64,000 nucleotides of DNA from the NCBI GenBank assembly GCA_040881895.1, contig JBBECI010000043.1, positions 9,065 to 73,064 on the forward strand, given 5' to 3'. The stretch is from Solirubrobacterales bacterium. Lineage in GTDB: Bacteria; Actinomycetota; Thermoleophilia; Solirubrobacterales; 70-9. The notes beneath the pieces were generated by a model. It made no database searches. It was not told the origin of the DNA and saw only the letters and a list, made by a program, of their open reading frames with translations. Position 1 is the first letter of the stretch. Every line of letters starts with the position of its first letter. Shown here in pieces: positions 16,220 through 26,731 of the stretch. The position numbers and the translations under genes are program-made.

Positions 16220-18126
16220 GCCGGCTCAGCTACCCTCGAGGGCTTCGGGGCTGGCAGCTCGGGTTCGTCTTCTCCACCCATGATTACGTGGCGCGCACCC
16301 GGGGTACCGTACTCATACGGACCACCGACAACCCTGGGGATTTCGTCGAAATTGAATATCGGTGGCGGCGAGCTGACCTGCCACTCGATGGAGTTGGCCC
16401 TCCAGGGGTTGTCGCCAGCCTTCGGACCGAATCGCCAGCTTACGATCATGTTGTAGATGAACACTAGCTGGACGAACCCGAGGATGAAGGCAAAGACGCT
16501 GATCATAAGGTTCCAGTCCCCGTAGATGTTGGCGTAGTCGGCAACCCGGCGCGGCATGCCGTCCAAGCCGATCCAGTGCTGCGGGATGAAGGTTCCCCAG
16601 GTACCCACCATCGTGCCCCAGAAGTGGACGCGCCCCAGTTTTTCGTCGTACATGCGACCGGTCATCTTCGGGAACCAGTGGTAGATGCCGGCGAAGATCG
16701 TGAATACCGACCCCCCGAAAAGCACAAAGTGGATGTGCGCGACGATGAAGTAGGTGTCGGAGACATGGATGTCAATTGGCACCATGCCCAGCATCACGCC
16801 ACTGATCCCGCCCACCGTGAAGGTCACAATAAATCCGAGCGAGAAAAGCATCGCGGTCGAATAGGTATTGATCTTGCCGTAGAAAAGAGTTCCCAGCCAG
16901 GAGAAAACCTTGATTCCGGTGGGCACCGCTATCAGCAGGGTCGTGATCATGATCGGAACCCGAAGCCAGTCAAACATGCCGGCTACGAACATATGGTGGG
17001 CCCAGACCGAGTAGCTTAGAACCACGATCCCGATAAGGGCGAGGGCCATAAGCCGGTATCCAAACACCGGTTTCCTGGAGTGTGTGGAGATGATCTCCGA
17101 CACGATTCCAAAGCCAGGCAAGATCATGATGTAGACGGCTGGATGCGAGTAAAACCAGAAAATGTGCTGGTAAGAGAGGACGTCACCTCCCTCCAGAAAC
17201 TGGAAGAAGTTCATTCCGAGTACGCGGTCAAACAGAACCATGAACTGGGCTCCGGCCACGAACGGGGTGGCTCCGACGACCAGCAGCGAGGTGGCGAGGT
17301 TGGCCCAGACCAGAAGCGGCATCCGCCACAGATTCATTCCGGGTGCACGCATGGTGATGATCGTGACCAGGAAGTTGAGTGCGGTTGCAATAGACGAGGC
17401 TCCGGCGAACTGGACCCCGATATTGAAGAAGGATTGCCCCAGGGGAGCTCCAGTTGAAAGCGGTGCGTAGCCCGTCCAGCCTGCGTCGAATGCGCCTCCG
17501 GGAGCCAGGAAGCTGCTGAGAAAGATGACTCCGGCAATCGGAAGCATCCAGAAACTGAGGGCGTTCAGGCGTGGGAACGCCATGTCGGGAGCGCCGATCA
17601 TCAGCGGCAGCACATAGTTGGCTATGCCGGCGAACATCGGAATGATGAACAGGAAGATCATCACCACAGCGTGAGTTGAGAAGAGGCCGTTGTAAACGTT
17701 CGGATCCACGACTTGGGTGCCGGGCTGGGCCAGCTCGGCCCGGATAAGCAGCGCGAGAACACCGCCGATCAGGAAGAACCCCATGGTCGTGACGATGTAC
17801 TGAATCCCGATTACTTTGTGGTCGGTATTGAACTTGAAGTAATCCTGCCAGCGAGTCGCGCCGTGACCGGAGTGGTCGTCAGGAACGGTCGGCTTCCCTG
17901 CCGCCCAGCGGAACCAGTAGTCAAAAGCGCCAAAGCCAAAAAGGAAGCCAAAAGGAGTTGTGATCAGCGGAACTACGACATGCGGGTATCCGGTCTGTTC
18001 GGTCTGGAAGACGTCAAGTCCTGAGATCGCCCGCAGGACCACAACGAGACCAAATCCGAACGCGGCACCGAGCAGCGCGCCAAGCGCGCCCCGATACCAG
18101 CCTGGTTGTCTTAGTGCCGCTGCCAT
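16216..18126 (-). CDS. ctaD: Cytochrome c oxidase subunit I (aa3-type), with about 65-aa N-terminal extension
   Basis: All six canonical His are present (FSTHAVVMIF, FWFYSHPAVYIMILPGFG, VWAHHMF, VAHIHFVLFGG). 636 aa. Confidence 0.95.
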   Translation of the reverse strand: MAAALRQPGWYRGALGALLGAAFGFGLVVVLRAISGLDVFQTEQTGYPHVVVPLITTPFGFLFGFGAFDYWFRWAAGKPTVPDDHSGHGATRWQDYFKFNTDHKVIGIQYIVTTMGFFLIGGVLALLIRAELAQPGTQVVDPNVYNGLFSTHAVVMIFLFIIPMFAGIANYVLPLMIGAPDMAFPRLNALSFWMLPIAGVIFLSSFLAPGGAFDAGWTGYAPLSTGAPLGQSFFNIGVQFAGASSIATALNFLVTIITMRAPGMNLWRMPLLVWANLATSLLVVGATPFVAGAQFMVLFDRVLGMNFFQFLEGGDVLSYQHIFWFYSHPAVYIMILPGFGIVSEIISTHSRKPVFGYRLMALALIGIVVLSYSVWAHHMFVAGMFDWLRVPIMITTLLIAVPTGIKVFSWLGTLFYGKINTYSTAMLFSLGFIVTFTVGGISGVMLGMVPIDIHVSDTYFIVAHIHFVLFGGSVFTIFAGIYHWFPKMTGRMYDEKLGRVHFWGTMVGTWGTFIPQHWIGLDGMPRRVADYANIYGDWNLMISVFAFILGFVQLVFIYNMIVSWRFGPKAGDNPWRANSIEWQVSSPPPIFNFDEIPRVVGGPYEYGTPGARHVIMGGEDEPELPAPKPSRVAEPA

Positions 18127-18140
18127 CTAACTGACCTCCA

Positions 18141-18980
18141 TCATGACTGATCCACGTTGTCAGCCGACGTTTCGTCGACGCCGCTGCCGTCGATTCCCCG
18201 TTCGGCTTCCTGAATCTGTCGCTGGATTTCAAGGGCCTGATCAGCGGTGAGCAGAAGTGTTTCCGGAACCTCGGATTCGAGTCCTGCGACCCAACTCTCA
18301 AACTGTTTTTGGGTCTGAACAACGACCAGCGCTCGCATCGTCGAGTGGCCAGCGCCACACAACTCAGTGCAGATCAGCTGGTAGGTGCCGACCTTGTCCG
18401 GCGTGATCAGTGCATCGGTCGTTATCCCGGGAACGTTGTCCTGCTTGATACGCCACTCGGGCACCCAGAAGGAATGGATCACATCCTGGGCATTCAGTTT
18501 GAACTCGATCTGCCGATTGACTGGCACATGCAGCACACCTTCAGACCACTTGTTGCCGTTCTCCGGATAGCCAAAGGTCCAGGCGAACTGCTGGGAGTAA
18601 ACATTGACCGCCAGCGAGTTGGGATCCTTCTTCTCAATCTCGTTGAGGACCACCCAGCTGTATCCGGCGGCGAAAAGGACAATGATCGTCGGAATCAGAG
18701 TCCAGATGATTTCAAGCTTGGTGTTTCCGTGGATCGGCAGACCGTCGCTCTCGTCGCCAGGCTTCACCCTGAACTTGACCAGCGCGTAGCCAAGCGCAAC
18801 GCAGACGATGGCGAAAACGAAGGAGGAGAGGATGATCATCACATCCATCAGCGTGTCGATTGGTCCGGCAGCCGTTGAGGCAGCGTCACCCATCCAGTCG
18901 TACTGCATCATCAGGATGGAGACGATGGTTCCGACGGCAAATGAGGCGAGGGCGAGCTTCAAGTAGGGCAGGCGTTCCAT
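18141..18980 (-). CDS. ctaC: Cytochrome c oxidase subunit II with intact CuA site
   Basis: Two N-terminal TM helices, DVIHSFWVPEW, and the CTELCGAGHSTM CuA motif. Confidence 0.95.
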   Translation of the reverse strand: MERLPYLKLALASFAVGTIVSILMMQYDWMGDAASTAAGPIDTLMDVMIILSSFVFAIVCVALGYALVKFRVKPGDESDGLPIHGNTKLEIIWTLIPTIIVLFAAGYSWVVLNEIEKKDPNSLAVNVYSQQFAWTFGYPENGNKWSEGVLHVPVNRQIEFKLNAQDVIHSFWVPEWRIKQDNVPGITTDALITPDKVGTYQLICTELCGAGHSTMRALVVVQTQKQFESWVAGLESEVPETLLLTADQALEIQRQIQEAERGIDGSGVDETSADNVDQS

Positions 18981-19033
18981 AATTCCCTATGAATTCTAAT
19001 GGAGCGGACGACGGAGGAACTTTGATCCCGAGC

Positions 19034-20581
19034 TCACGGTTTGCGAACCGGCTTTATCTGGCTCTGGGAAGCGGCAATTACGTCGTTAGCGACACCGGTC
19101 CAGCTCCAATGCCGATCCGCTGACTCGGCTATTTTTTGCCCAATCCCCACTCGTTCAGCAGCCGCGAGACCGAGCCATCGGTTGACTTTTGAGCCCAGGT
19201 CACCGACTGCCTCCGGGCCCAGGCGAAAGGAGATCAGATCGGATACTGAGGGAACTTCCTCTGCCAGAACTGCCGTCACTTCCGCCAGCCCGGAGTGTTC
19301 GGCACAGACCGGCAGAATCCCCGACGCAGCCCCTTCGGCAGCGACCATGCCGAAGGCCTCGGGAAATGTGCTCGGAACGACCATCACATCGCAGGCTGGC
19401 AGAACGCGCGCAACCTCCTCATGTTCCAGGCGCCCCGAAAATGAGACTGAGCCAGCTGCTTCCCGAGCGGCTTCCGCATATCCAGGCCCTGGCTGCGCGA
19501 GAAAATCGGCAAGATAATTCAGTCTGGAAGCCTCTCCGCCTTCGAGTTCCCGGCCGGCTTCAGCGATATATCGAGCCGAATCAAGATCTCCTTCGCCGAG
19601 CGCCGTGACCAGGGCTCTCAGGCCGGACTCGTAAGCACCGAACCCGACCAGCAGCAGCTTCGCGCCGGGGTTGGTGCGGTGGATCAGCGGCCAGGCCGCT
19701 ACCAACAGATCAACACCCTTGGAGACGATCAGCTTGCCTACAAAGATCACTCGGGGACCAGTGGCACCTGCAGTGTGCTCCAGGGCCTGAACGGCTTCCT
19801 CTTCGCTCCGTCCGAAGCTTGAAGACGGAGGGCCGAGGCGGATCGTGTCCGCCAGTTCCGTGATGCGACCCCGGGCTTCGCGGGCGGGCAGCGGACTGAA
19901 CTCGACCGTGTCAACCCCGGGTGGGCCGAGGCCCGTTTTGCCTTCAAGCTGAAGACCCGGGACTGCCTCCCAGAGACTCGCCGCCGTGTGCCAGGAACCG
20001 ACCAGGATTGACGTCGCGGGGCCCAGACCCTCTTCGGCGTAAGGCAGGAAGCGGGGGTTCGGTTTGACGGTGTACTCCAGATCCGAGCCGTGGTGCTTGA
20101 CGACATACGGTCGCACTCCCGCTCGAGCCAGTACCACCGGAGCCATCAGCAGGTGGTTGGCAAGGGCGGCGTCGCTCCCACCGATCAGTGCCTCAACCTC
20201 TCGCACAGCAGCAACATTGATCGAGATATAGCTCTCGACCTCCTGGTCGCTCAGGCGGGGATAAGCGCGCGCCTCAAAGCCTTCGTAAGGATCCTCCACA
20301 AAGACCGGCAGCACCCTGCCGATCGGTGGCCGATACACGGTGACCGATCCTGCGGCGGCGGTATCCCGGAGCCTGCGAACTTCGAGTCTGCCGGCCTCCC
20401 CACCCGTGCCGTCGTCCCAAAGTCCGATCGAATCCACCCACGGAAGCCCCTCGGCCTCAAGGTCCTGACAGAAAAGGTGAACTTCATGCCCCATGCCGGC
20501 AAGGGCCCGGGCAAGATTGTTGTTGTAGATGTTGCTGCCAGTGCCGCGAAGCAGATAGCCGTGAAAGATAAGGATCTTCAT
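19034..20581 (-). CDS. Glycosyltransferase family 4 (GT-B, group 1)
   Basis: MKILIFHGYLLRGTGSNIY N-terminal Rossmann start. The C-terminal PSTFPEAFGMVAAEGAASGILPV matches the E-x7-E region. Confidence 0.75.
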   Translation of the reverse strand: MKILIFHGYLLRGTGSNIYNNNLARALAGMGHEVHLFCQDLEAEGLPWVDSIGLWDDGTGGEAGRLEVRRLRDTAAAGSVTVYRPPIGRVLPVFVEDPYEGFEARAYPRLSDQEVESYISINVAAVREVEALIGGSDAALANHLLMAPVVLARAGVRPYVVKHHGSDLEYTVKPNPRFLPYAEEGLGPATSILVGSWHTAASLWEAVPGLQLEGKTGLGPPGVDTVEFSPLPAREARGRITELADTIRLGPPSSSFGRSEEEAVQALEHTAGATGPRVIFVGKLIVSKGVDLLVAAWPLIHRTNPGAKLLLVGFGAYESGLRALVTALGEGDLDSARYIAEAGRELEGGEASRLNYLADFLAQPGPGYAEAAREAAGSVSFSGRLEHEEVARVLPACDVMVVPSTFPEAFGMVAAEGAASGILPVCAEHSGLAEVTAVLAEEVPSVSDLISFRLGPEAVGDLGSKVNRWLGLAAAERVGIGQKIAESADRHWSWTGVANDVIAASQSQIKPVRKP

Positions 20582-20601
20582 TTCGGGTTATTCTCCCCTC
20601 A

Positions 20602-20877
20602 ATGAGTTCCGAAAGCAGTCCCGAAAGCAGTCAGCAGGTATTCCGCCTCCGGGCTGCCGCCTCCGGGCGCGAGTCGATTACGCCCGTGACCGAAGGGGTG
20701 ATCTACCGGGATGCAGAGACCGGAGAGGAGCTCGAACCGGTGGCCCAGGTGCTGCCGCTTGCCCCTTCGTCTTCACACCTGCCCCGAACTCCGGAAAACC
20801 TGCGGGTTTGCCGCCGATGCAGCCAGTTCACGGCGAGAGACCTCGCCAAGTGCGAGTTTTGCGGACTTCCCGCCTGA
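20602..20877 (+). CDS. Hypothetical protein with C-terminal CxxC...CxxC zinc-ribbon-like motif
   Basis: 91 aa with GC3-rich codons. Ends VCRRCSQFTARDLAKCEFCGLPA. No clear SD, and only 20 nt separate it from the divergent GT start. Confidence 0.4.
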   Translation: MSSESSPESSQQVFRLRAAASGRESITPVTEGVIYRDAETGEELEPVAQVLPLAPSSSHLPRTPENLRVCRRCSQFTARDLAKCEFCGLPA

Positions 20878-20919
20878 CCCCTACTTCCTGAAATGAAGCG
20901 GCCCGGCGGGACCCGGGAG

Positions 20920-21801
20920 TCAGTTCTTGCCGATTATGGTGGCCGTGTAGAGCAGGACGTTGCTGCCGTAATAGCATCCGTATGCTCGATCGGAGTCCAC
21001 CCTTTGCTGGGGTGAGGTCTTCTCCAGCGCTTCGTTCGGCTGACCGTTCTCAAGAATGCCGAGCTTGCACTTACCTGCTGCCCGACTGCCGCGCCAGGTG
21101 TATTCCTTCTCTGCCGCCGCGCAAGCCTCGGGATCCTGAACCCCGCTGATCGGGTTGAAGCTGCAGGAGCGCGGCTTCCAGACCGCGGGTGCCCAGGTCG
21201 GGATCGTCAGAGCGACGACCTGGTTCTTGACGACGTTCATGGGCTTTTCGAGTGCGAAGTGAACGGTCCGGCCGAAGTAGGGATTCAGGATCTCTACCGG
21301 ACTCTGCCTGACCATTTTGAACTTGGCTGGCCCGGGCTTTCCTGGCTGCAGCTCGCGCAGAACGGCAACTCTGGCCGAAGCAGGAGGACCGAAAAGGTCA
21401 TTGAAAAACGGGAACTGAGCGGGTTGGTCTATGCCGTTGCTTCGGATCACTCGCCGGGTGGGACGGCTGAGCGAAATCGACCAGGAGACGACCCGACCTG
21501 ACCACGGAACAACAAATCCGCGCTTGCGGGCCGATCCCTTTCGAAAGACCTGGTAGCCGGTGACCCTGCCTTCGACGACGCAGTCGCGAGAAAAGTCGGT
21601 GCCACAGTTGGGCTGGAGTCGCTCGGTGGACTGGCCGAGCACAATGCGCTTGACCGGCGCAGCATCAGCGCCCGGGGATGCAGCCAGATAGGCGCAAAGC
21701 AGCACGAATGTCAGCAGGAGAGGCAAAAAAGCCAGCCTTGCTACTGCTGAAGAAAGTGAGGAGTTTGTTAGCGAGAGGTTAGGCATCACTTCAGACAACA
21801 C
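20920..21801 (-). CDS. Hypothetical secreted Cys-containing protein
   Basis: 293 aa. N-terminal hydrophobic signal (LAFLPLLLTFVLLCAYLAASPGADA) and 8 or more Cys in the mature part. I recognise no family. Confidence 0.55.
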   Translation of the reverse strand: MLSEVMPNLSLTNSSLSSAVARLAFLPLLLTFVLLCAYLAASPGADAAPVKRIVLGQSTERLQPNCGTDFSRDCVVEGRVTGYQVFRKGSARKRGFVVPWSGRVVSWSISLSRPTRRVIRSNGIDQPAQFPFFNDLFGPPASARVAVLRELQPGKPGPAKFKMVRQSPVEILNPYFGRTVHFALEKPMNVVKNQVVALTIPTWAPAVWKPRSCSFNPISGVQDPEACAAAEKEYTWRGSRAAGKCKLGILENGQPNEALEKTSPQQRVDSDRAYGCYYGSNVLLYTATIIGKN

Positions 21802-21832
21802 GGCCCTTGGCCGTTGGTTGCGCCCCGGGAAG

Positions 21833-22051
21833 CTATTTGTATCGGTAGGTGATCCGGCCGCGGGTCAGGTCGTAGGGCGAAAGTTCGATCTTGACCCGGT
21901 CTCCGGGCAGAATGCGGATGTAGTGCCGCCGCATCTTCCCGGAAATGTGTCCGAGAACCTCGTGGTCGTTGTCCAGCTTTACCCGGAACATCGTATTCGG
22001 GAGGGCTTCGGTGATTTCACCCTCCATCTCGATCTTTTCTTCTTTGCCCAT
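21833..22051 (-). CDS. infA: Translation initiation factor IF-1
   Basis: [72 protein letters not shown], a 72-aa S1-like IF-1. The internal ATG at 22051 is preferred to ORF start 22075. Confidence 0.95.
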   Translation of the reverse strand: MGKEEKIEMEGEITEALPNTMFRVKLDNDHEVLGHISGKMRRHYIRILPGDRVKIELSPYDLTRGRITYRYK

Positions 22052-22071
22052 TCGACGAATGAGCGTACTAC

Positions 22072-23565
22072 TCATGCGGAGTCGAGGAGGCGACGCGCAA
22101 AATCCACAGCTTCGCTTGCAGAACCGACCTCGCCGCAGAAAACCGCCCGGTCCAGCTCGTCGATGATCCGGCCGAGTTCGGGGCCGGGTTCAATGCCGAT
22201 CCGGTCGGCGAGTTCGTTGCCGGGCAGGAACTGTTCGGGCGGCCCGGATCGTTGCCATGCGAGGGCATCGCCAACCATTTCCCTGGCCAGTTCAAGGTGT
22301 CCGGCGACCATCTCCTGACCAGCGATCGAACCAGTACCGCGAGCGGCAAGACGGTCGGCAACCGTAAGAAGAGTGACGTCCACAGAGTAGGGCTCAGTCC
22401 GCTTCAGGTAGTCGAAGACCTGCCCTCGCGAGAGTGGTCTGTCCGGGACCATGAAGCCGAGAATGAGGTGGTTGCGAGTCAGGTCGGCGACATAGGTTGC
22501 CAACCGCCTGCTTGAGCGCAAACGGGAGAACACCGCGAGCACGCTTCCGGCACCCTCCCGGTCGTGACCACGGAAGCTGATGAAACCATCGGACTCCTTG
22601 CGGGTGGTCGGCTTGGCGCAGTCGTGGAAGAGTGCAGCCAGCCGCAGGCCAGTCGAACGGCTCACACCATCAGCCAAGGGTTCGTCGAGAAGGGCCGCCA
22701 CATCGCTCGCATTCCCGCCGACGAAGCGGTCAAGCTCCGATTCGATTCTCAGCACACCCTCGAGGACCTCGACCGTGTGACCGTAGACATCCAGATGGTG
22801 GTTCGGCCCCTGGACCACCCCCCGCATCTCTCCGACCTCAGGCAGAAGGGTGTCGAGCAATCCAAGACCTTCCATGGCCGCCAGGCCGCCTACCGGGTCC
22901 CTCGATGCCATCAACAGACACAACTCGCTCAGGGTGCGCTCGCCGGCCGGTTCAGCGCATCGGTTGGCTGATGCCCGGCCGAGCTCGAGTGTGTCCGGAT
23001 CGATGTCCCACCCGAACTGGGCTGCCAGGCGGGCGGCGCGCATAAGCCGAAGGGGATCGTCTGAAAACGAGGTGGGTCCGACCGCGCGGATTGTTTCTGC
23101 CGCAAGGTCTTCCAGGCCACGGTTCGGATCGAGTCCTTCACCCGTTTCCAGTGAGACCGCCATCGCGCCCACCGTGAAATCGCGCAGCGCCAAGTCCTCG
23201 ATGATCCCGGGACCACGAAGAGTGGCAACATCCACCTGCCAGGTTTTCTCCCGGTCACCGGCTCGCCAAGTTGGAAACTCGGCCGAAAGCTCGAAGCTGT
23301 GCCCACCGAGGGCGCTGGCGATTCGCCGGGCAAACGGCTCCGGGTCTCCGGAAACGGCAAGGTCAATATCCCTGACCTCACGACCGAGGGCGGCATCTCT
23401 GATCGCCCCACCGACAATCCAGGTCGCAGCATTGCCGACCCCCTCCTTGCCGGATCCGGTATCTGCCGCCGGGAGTTCCAGAGCAGCCCTTACACGGCCT
23501 ACGAGAGACGCGGACAGAATCAGGTCTGCGACGACTTCAAGGCTGGGTTCAGGCCCTTTACTCAC
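22072..23565 (-). CDS. cca: CCA tRNA nucleotidyltransferase (PolyA-pol head domain plus HD domain)
   Basis: [20 protein letters not shown] nucleotidyltransferase motif, [11 protein letters not shown], and a C-terminal HD region (LFHDCAKP). GTGA overlap with the alr stop. Confidence 0.85.
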   Translation of the reverse strand: MSKGPEPSLEVVADLILSASLVGRVRAALELPAADTGSGKEGVGNAATWIVGGAIRDAALGREVRDIDLAVSGDPEPFARRIASALGGHSFELSAEFPTWRAGDREKTWQVDVATLRGPGIIEDLALRDFTVGAMAVSLETGEGLDPNRGLEDLAAETIRAVGPTSFSDDPLRLMRAARLAAQFGWDIDPDTLELGRASANRCAEPAGERTLSELCLLMASRDPVGGLAAMEGLGLLDTLLPEVGEMRGVVQGPNHHLDVYGHTVEVLEGVLRIESELDRFVGGNASDVAALLDEPLADGVSRSTGLRLAALFHDCAKPTTRKESDGFISFRGHDREGAGSVLAVFSRLRSSRRLATYVADLTRNHLILGFMVPDRPLSRGQVFDYLKRTEPYSVDVTLLTVADRLAARGTGSIAGQEMVAGHLELAREMVGDALAWQRSGPPEQFLPGNELADRIGIEPGPELGRIIDELDRAVFCGEVGSASEAVDFARRLLDSA

Positions 23566-24683
23566 TCCGAGCCGCCGGATAGCTTCCGGGTAACCCTGGG
23601 TGAGATCCCGCAGGTAACCTCGTAGTTGATCGTGTCGAGCTTTGAGGCAACCTGCTCGGCAGTGATCAGTTCGTCACCCTGCCTGCCGATCAAGGTGACC
23701 TCATCTCCGACGGAAACCGGAGCATCGCCTACATCTACCGTGATGTTGTCCATCGATACCGTCCCGGCGATCCGGTGGCGTCCACCACCGATCAAGACTT
23801 CGCCCTGATTGGAGAGCCCACGCCGGACCCCGTCGCCATAGCCGACAGGAACGGTCACCACCGTCGTGGGCTCGGACGCAATCCAGGTGCGGCCGTAGCC
23901 GGCGCTCATCCCGGGTTCGAAATGCTTGACCGTGGCTACATAGGAATGAAGCGAGAGCACCGGGCGCAGGTTATGAACTGCGGGGTCGCGGCCAAAAGGA
24001 TCCATTCCGTAAATCGCTACCCCAGGCCGGACGAGGTCGAAGTGAGTCGCGGAATCGAGAATCAACGCGGCGCTGTTGGCTGCGTGGAGCTTCAGACCGG
24101 GATGGCCTGCTCGAGCCTTCTCTCCCAGTTTCGACAGGCGCTCGCGCTGCAGATCCATAAAGGCCGGATCCTGATCGTCCGCCGTGGCAAAGTGCGTCCA
24201 GAGAGCTTCCAGTTTCAGATCAGGGCTTTCAGCGGCAATATCTGCGGCGGCCAGGACAACTTCCGGATCGATGCCACCGAGCCGACCCATGCCGGTGTCG
24301 TACTTGACATGCACTCCGGTAACACGACCGGCGGCCCGCGAGGCATTCGCCACCGCGTCGACGAACTGCGGATCCCACACGGATATATCCGCCCCCGCCT
24401 TGACTGCCACCTCTACTTCCCCAGGCGCCAGGGCACCGAGCACGAGGATGGGTACGTCGGGGTCCATGGCGCGGATCTCCAGCGCTTCGCCTGCCGTCGC
24501 GACCGAGATCCGGTCGACCCCGGCCTCCAGAGCTGCGGCGGCGCAGTGAGCGGCGCCGTGGCCGTAGCCGTCCGCTTTGAGCACCGGTGCCAGTTCCACA
24601 TCGGGTGCTATCCGGCGCCGGAGCTCAGCGCAGTTTTCCCTCAATGCAGTGAGGTCAATTCGGGCCTCGGCCCGCGCGTACAT
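23562..24683 (-). CDS. alr: Alanine racemase
   Basis: APVLKADGYGHGA PLP-Lys motif and the C-terminal beta-domain pattern (VPVGYGDG, GTVSMD). Confidence 0.9.
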   Translation of the reverse strand: MYARAEARIDLTALRENCAELRRRIAPDVELAPVLKADGYGHGAAHCAAAALEAGVDRISVATAGEALEIRAMDPDVPILVLGALAPGEVEVAVKAGADISVWDPQFVDAVANASRAAGRVTGVHVKYDTGMGRLGGIDPEVVLAAADIAAESPDLKLEALWTHFATADDQDPAFMDLQRERLSKLGEKARAGHPGLKLHAANSAALILDSATHFDLVRPGVAIYGMDPFGRDPAVHNLRPVLSLHSYVATVKHFEPGMSAGYGRTWIASEPTTVVTVPVGYGDGVRRGLSNQGEVLIGGGRHRIAGTVSMDNITVDVGDAPVSVGDEVTLIGRQGDELITAEQVASKLDTINYEVTCGISPRVTRKLSGGSE

Positions 24684-25144
24684 CAGCCGCCAGTGAGGGC
24701 GGCGAGCACATCGACCCTGGTCACCACGCCGACCAGTCGGCCCTCATCGTCGACCACCGGAAGGCGGTTGTGGTGCTTTTTGGAAATCAGGCGGGCGGCA
24801 TGTTCAGCTGGCTCATCGGAACCGACTGTCAAGGGATCCGGGGTCATCATCTGCTCGGCGGTAGCGGCAAATGCCTTCTTTGCCCGCTCTTCAAAGTGCC
24901 TGGTCGACTCAAGGAACACAATCCCACCCATGATGTTGACGTAATGCGGCAGGTGAAAGTCCGAATCTTCATCGGAGATAACAAGGTCAGACTCGGTGAT
25001 GATGCCGAGAACCTTCTTTGTCTCATCAACAACCGGGATCCCTGGCAAGTCATGAGTCTGAAGAGTGGCGATTACCGAGCGGATATCCGTTTCGAGTGAG
25101 ACTGAGACTGGTTCAGGGTCCATGATGTCGGCAACGGTCGTCAT
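24683..25144 (-). CDS. CBS domain pair protein
   Basis: MTTVADIMDPEPVSV... with two CBS repeats (LGIITESDLV, VGVVTRVDVLAAL). The ATG at 25144 is chosen because the longer ORF start overlaps nnr. Confidence 0.75.
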   Translation of the reverse strand: MTTVADIMDPEPVSVSLETDIRSVIATLQTHDLPGIPVVDETKKVLGIITESDLVISDEDSDFHLPHYVNIMGGIVFLESTRHFEERAKKAFAATAEQMMTPDPLTVGSDEPAEHAARLISKKHHNRLPVVDDEGRLVGVVTRVDVLAALTGG

Positions 25145-25202
25145 GGGGAGCGAGTCTAGAGCCTCAACCGGCTGACAGACCCCGTCGTTCGGGCGTTGTG
25201 CA

Positions 25203-26693
25203 TCAGTGGTGGCCGCCGATCGGACCCGTAACCATGGCCAGAGGCATGGCCTCAACCACATCACCGGCGATCACTCCTTCCGCCGAGCCCACCCGGGCTG
25301 CTGCGAGCTGACCGGCCCTGCTGTGGCAGAGAACCGCAGCGCAGGCCGCATCGAATGGCTCGAGGCCACGAGCAAGGAAGGCGCCGCAGACACCCGCCAG
25401 TACGTCTCCGGTACCGGCAGTGGCAAGCGCCGGTGCGGCGCAGTCGTTGACTGCGATCCGTTCGCCGTCGGTGACGATCGTATCGTCACCCTTGAGAACC
25501 ACCACCGCTCCGCTTTCGCGCGCCAGAGACAAGGCGGAATCAAGCCGGGATGCAGCCACTTCGCCTGAACTCCGGCCCAGCAGGCGGCTCATCTCACCTT
25601 CATGTGGTGTCAGGACTGTTGGACCGGGACGCCCGCGCACCAGTTCCGGCCGACCGTCCAAGCCACCGAGACCGTCGGCGTCAACCACAACAGGAGCAGC
25701 CAGACCAACGACCAGATCTCGCAGGAACTCACCAGCCTCCGGTTCACGACCAAGGCCAGAGCCGAGCACCACGGCTGAGGCATTTTCACAGTGCCCGCTC
25801 ACCTGCTCGAGCGCCGAGGGACCAAGGAAGCCTTCTTCCGTTCCACAGCCGATGGTCATCGTCTCGGTCAGTTTCGCTTCAAACACTGATTCGAGACCCT
25901 GAGGCACGGCGGCCGTCGCATACCCGGCCCCCGAGCGGATCGCCGCCCGGGCCGCGAGGCAGACGGCTCCGGTCAGACCCCGGGAGCCACCGACTATCGA
26001 GACCTTCCCCGAGGTGAACTTGTTAGAAGCCGCTCCGCGAGGGGGCAGGAGATCGAGCACGCGAGTGCTGATCCGGCCAGCGGCCTGACCTTCGGGTGCG
26101 CCCGACGGGATCCCGATGCCAGCCACCGTTACCGCACCGCAAAGATGCTTTCCGGGCGAGATCAGGTGGCCCACCTTGAGTCCGTGGAAGGTGACTGTTC
26201 TGTCGGCCTTGACCGAGAGGCCGGCTTCACCGGTGGAGGCATTCACACCGGACGGCACATCACAGGAGACGACCGGGCACCCGGCAGCATTGATCGCCTC
26301 GATTGCCTCCGAAACGGGTGAGCGGGGCTCGCCATCGAAACCGGTCCCCAGCATTGCGTCGATGATAACTCCGGACTCCGCCAGTCTCGACATTGCGCCT
26401 TGTCCTGTCAGAATCTCTGCCCCGGCCAGTAACTGAAAGCTGGTCGTCGCATCCGGGCTCAACGCATCTGGTTCCCAGAGCAGGATCACCTGGACCTCGT
26501 AGCCACTCTCAACCAGATGGCGCGCGGCGACCATGCCGTCTCCACCGTTATTGCCCTTGCCGCAGACCACCGTTACCGGTCCCGGTTTTGCGACAGCAGC
26601 AGATGCTTCGGCGAGAGCGTGGCCAGCCGCCTCCATCAACTCGAGTGACGGAACCGACTGCTGCTCAATCGCCCAGCGGTCCACCTCCGCCAT
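25203..26693 (-). CDS. nnr: Bifunctional NAD(P)H-hydrate repair enzyme (epimerase / ADP-dependent dehydratase)
   Basis: YjeF_N part (LMEAAGHALA, CGKGNNGGDG) followed by the carbohydrate-kinase-like part (GGSRGLTGAVCLAARAA, TAGTGDVLAG). Confidence 0.9.
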   Translation of the reverse strand: MAEVDRWAIEQQSVPSLELMEAAGHALAEASAAVAKPGPVTVVCGKGNNGGDGMVAARHLVESGYEVQVILLWEPDALSPDATTSFQLLAGAEILTGQGAMSRLAESGVIIDAMLGTGFDGEPRSPVSEAIEAINAAGCPVVSCDVPSGVNASTGEAGLSVKADRTVTFHGLKVGHLISPGKHLCGAVTVAGIGIPSGAPEGQAAGRISTRVLDLLPPRGAASNKFTSGKVSIVGGSRGLTGAVCLAARAAIRSGAGYATAAVPQGLESVFEAKLTETMTIGCGTEEGFLGPSALEQVSGHCENASAVVLGSGLGREPEAGEFLRDLVVGLAAPVVVDADGLGGLDGRPELVRGRPGPTVLTPHEGEMSRLLGRSSGEVAASRLDSALSLARESGAVVVLKGDDTIVTDGERIAVNDCAAPALATAGTGDVLAGVCGAFLARGLEPFDAACAAVLCHSRAGQLAAARVGSAEGVIAGDVVEAMPLAMVTGPIGGHH

Positions 26694-26731
26694 GCCGACG
26701 GCATCGTAAAGCGGATCCAGCCAGAAAATCG

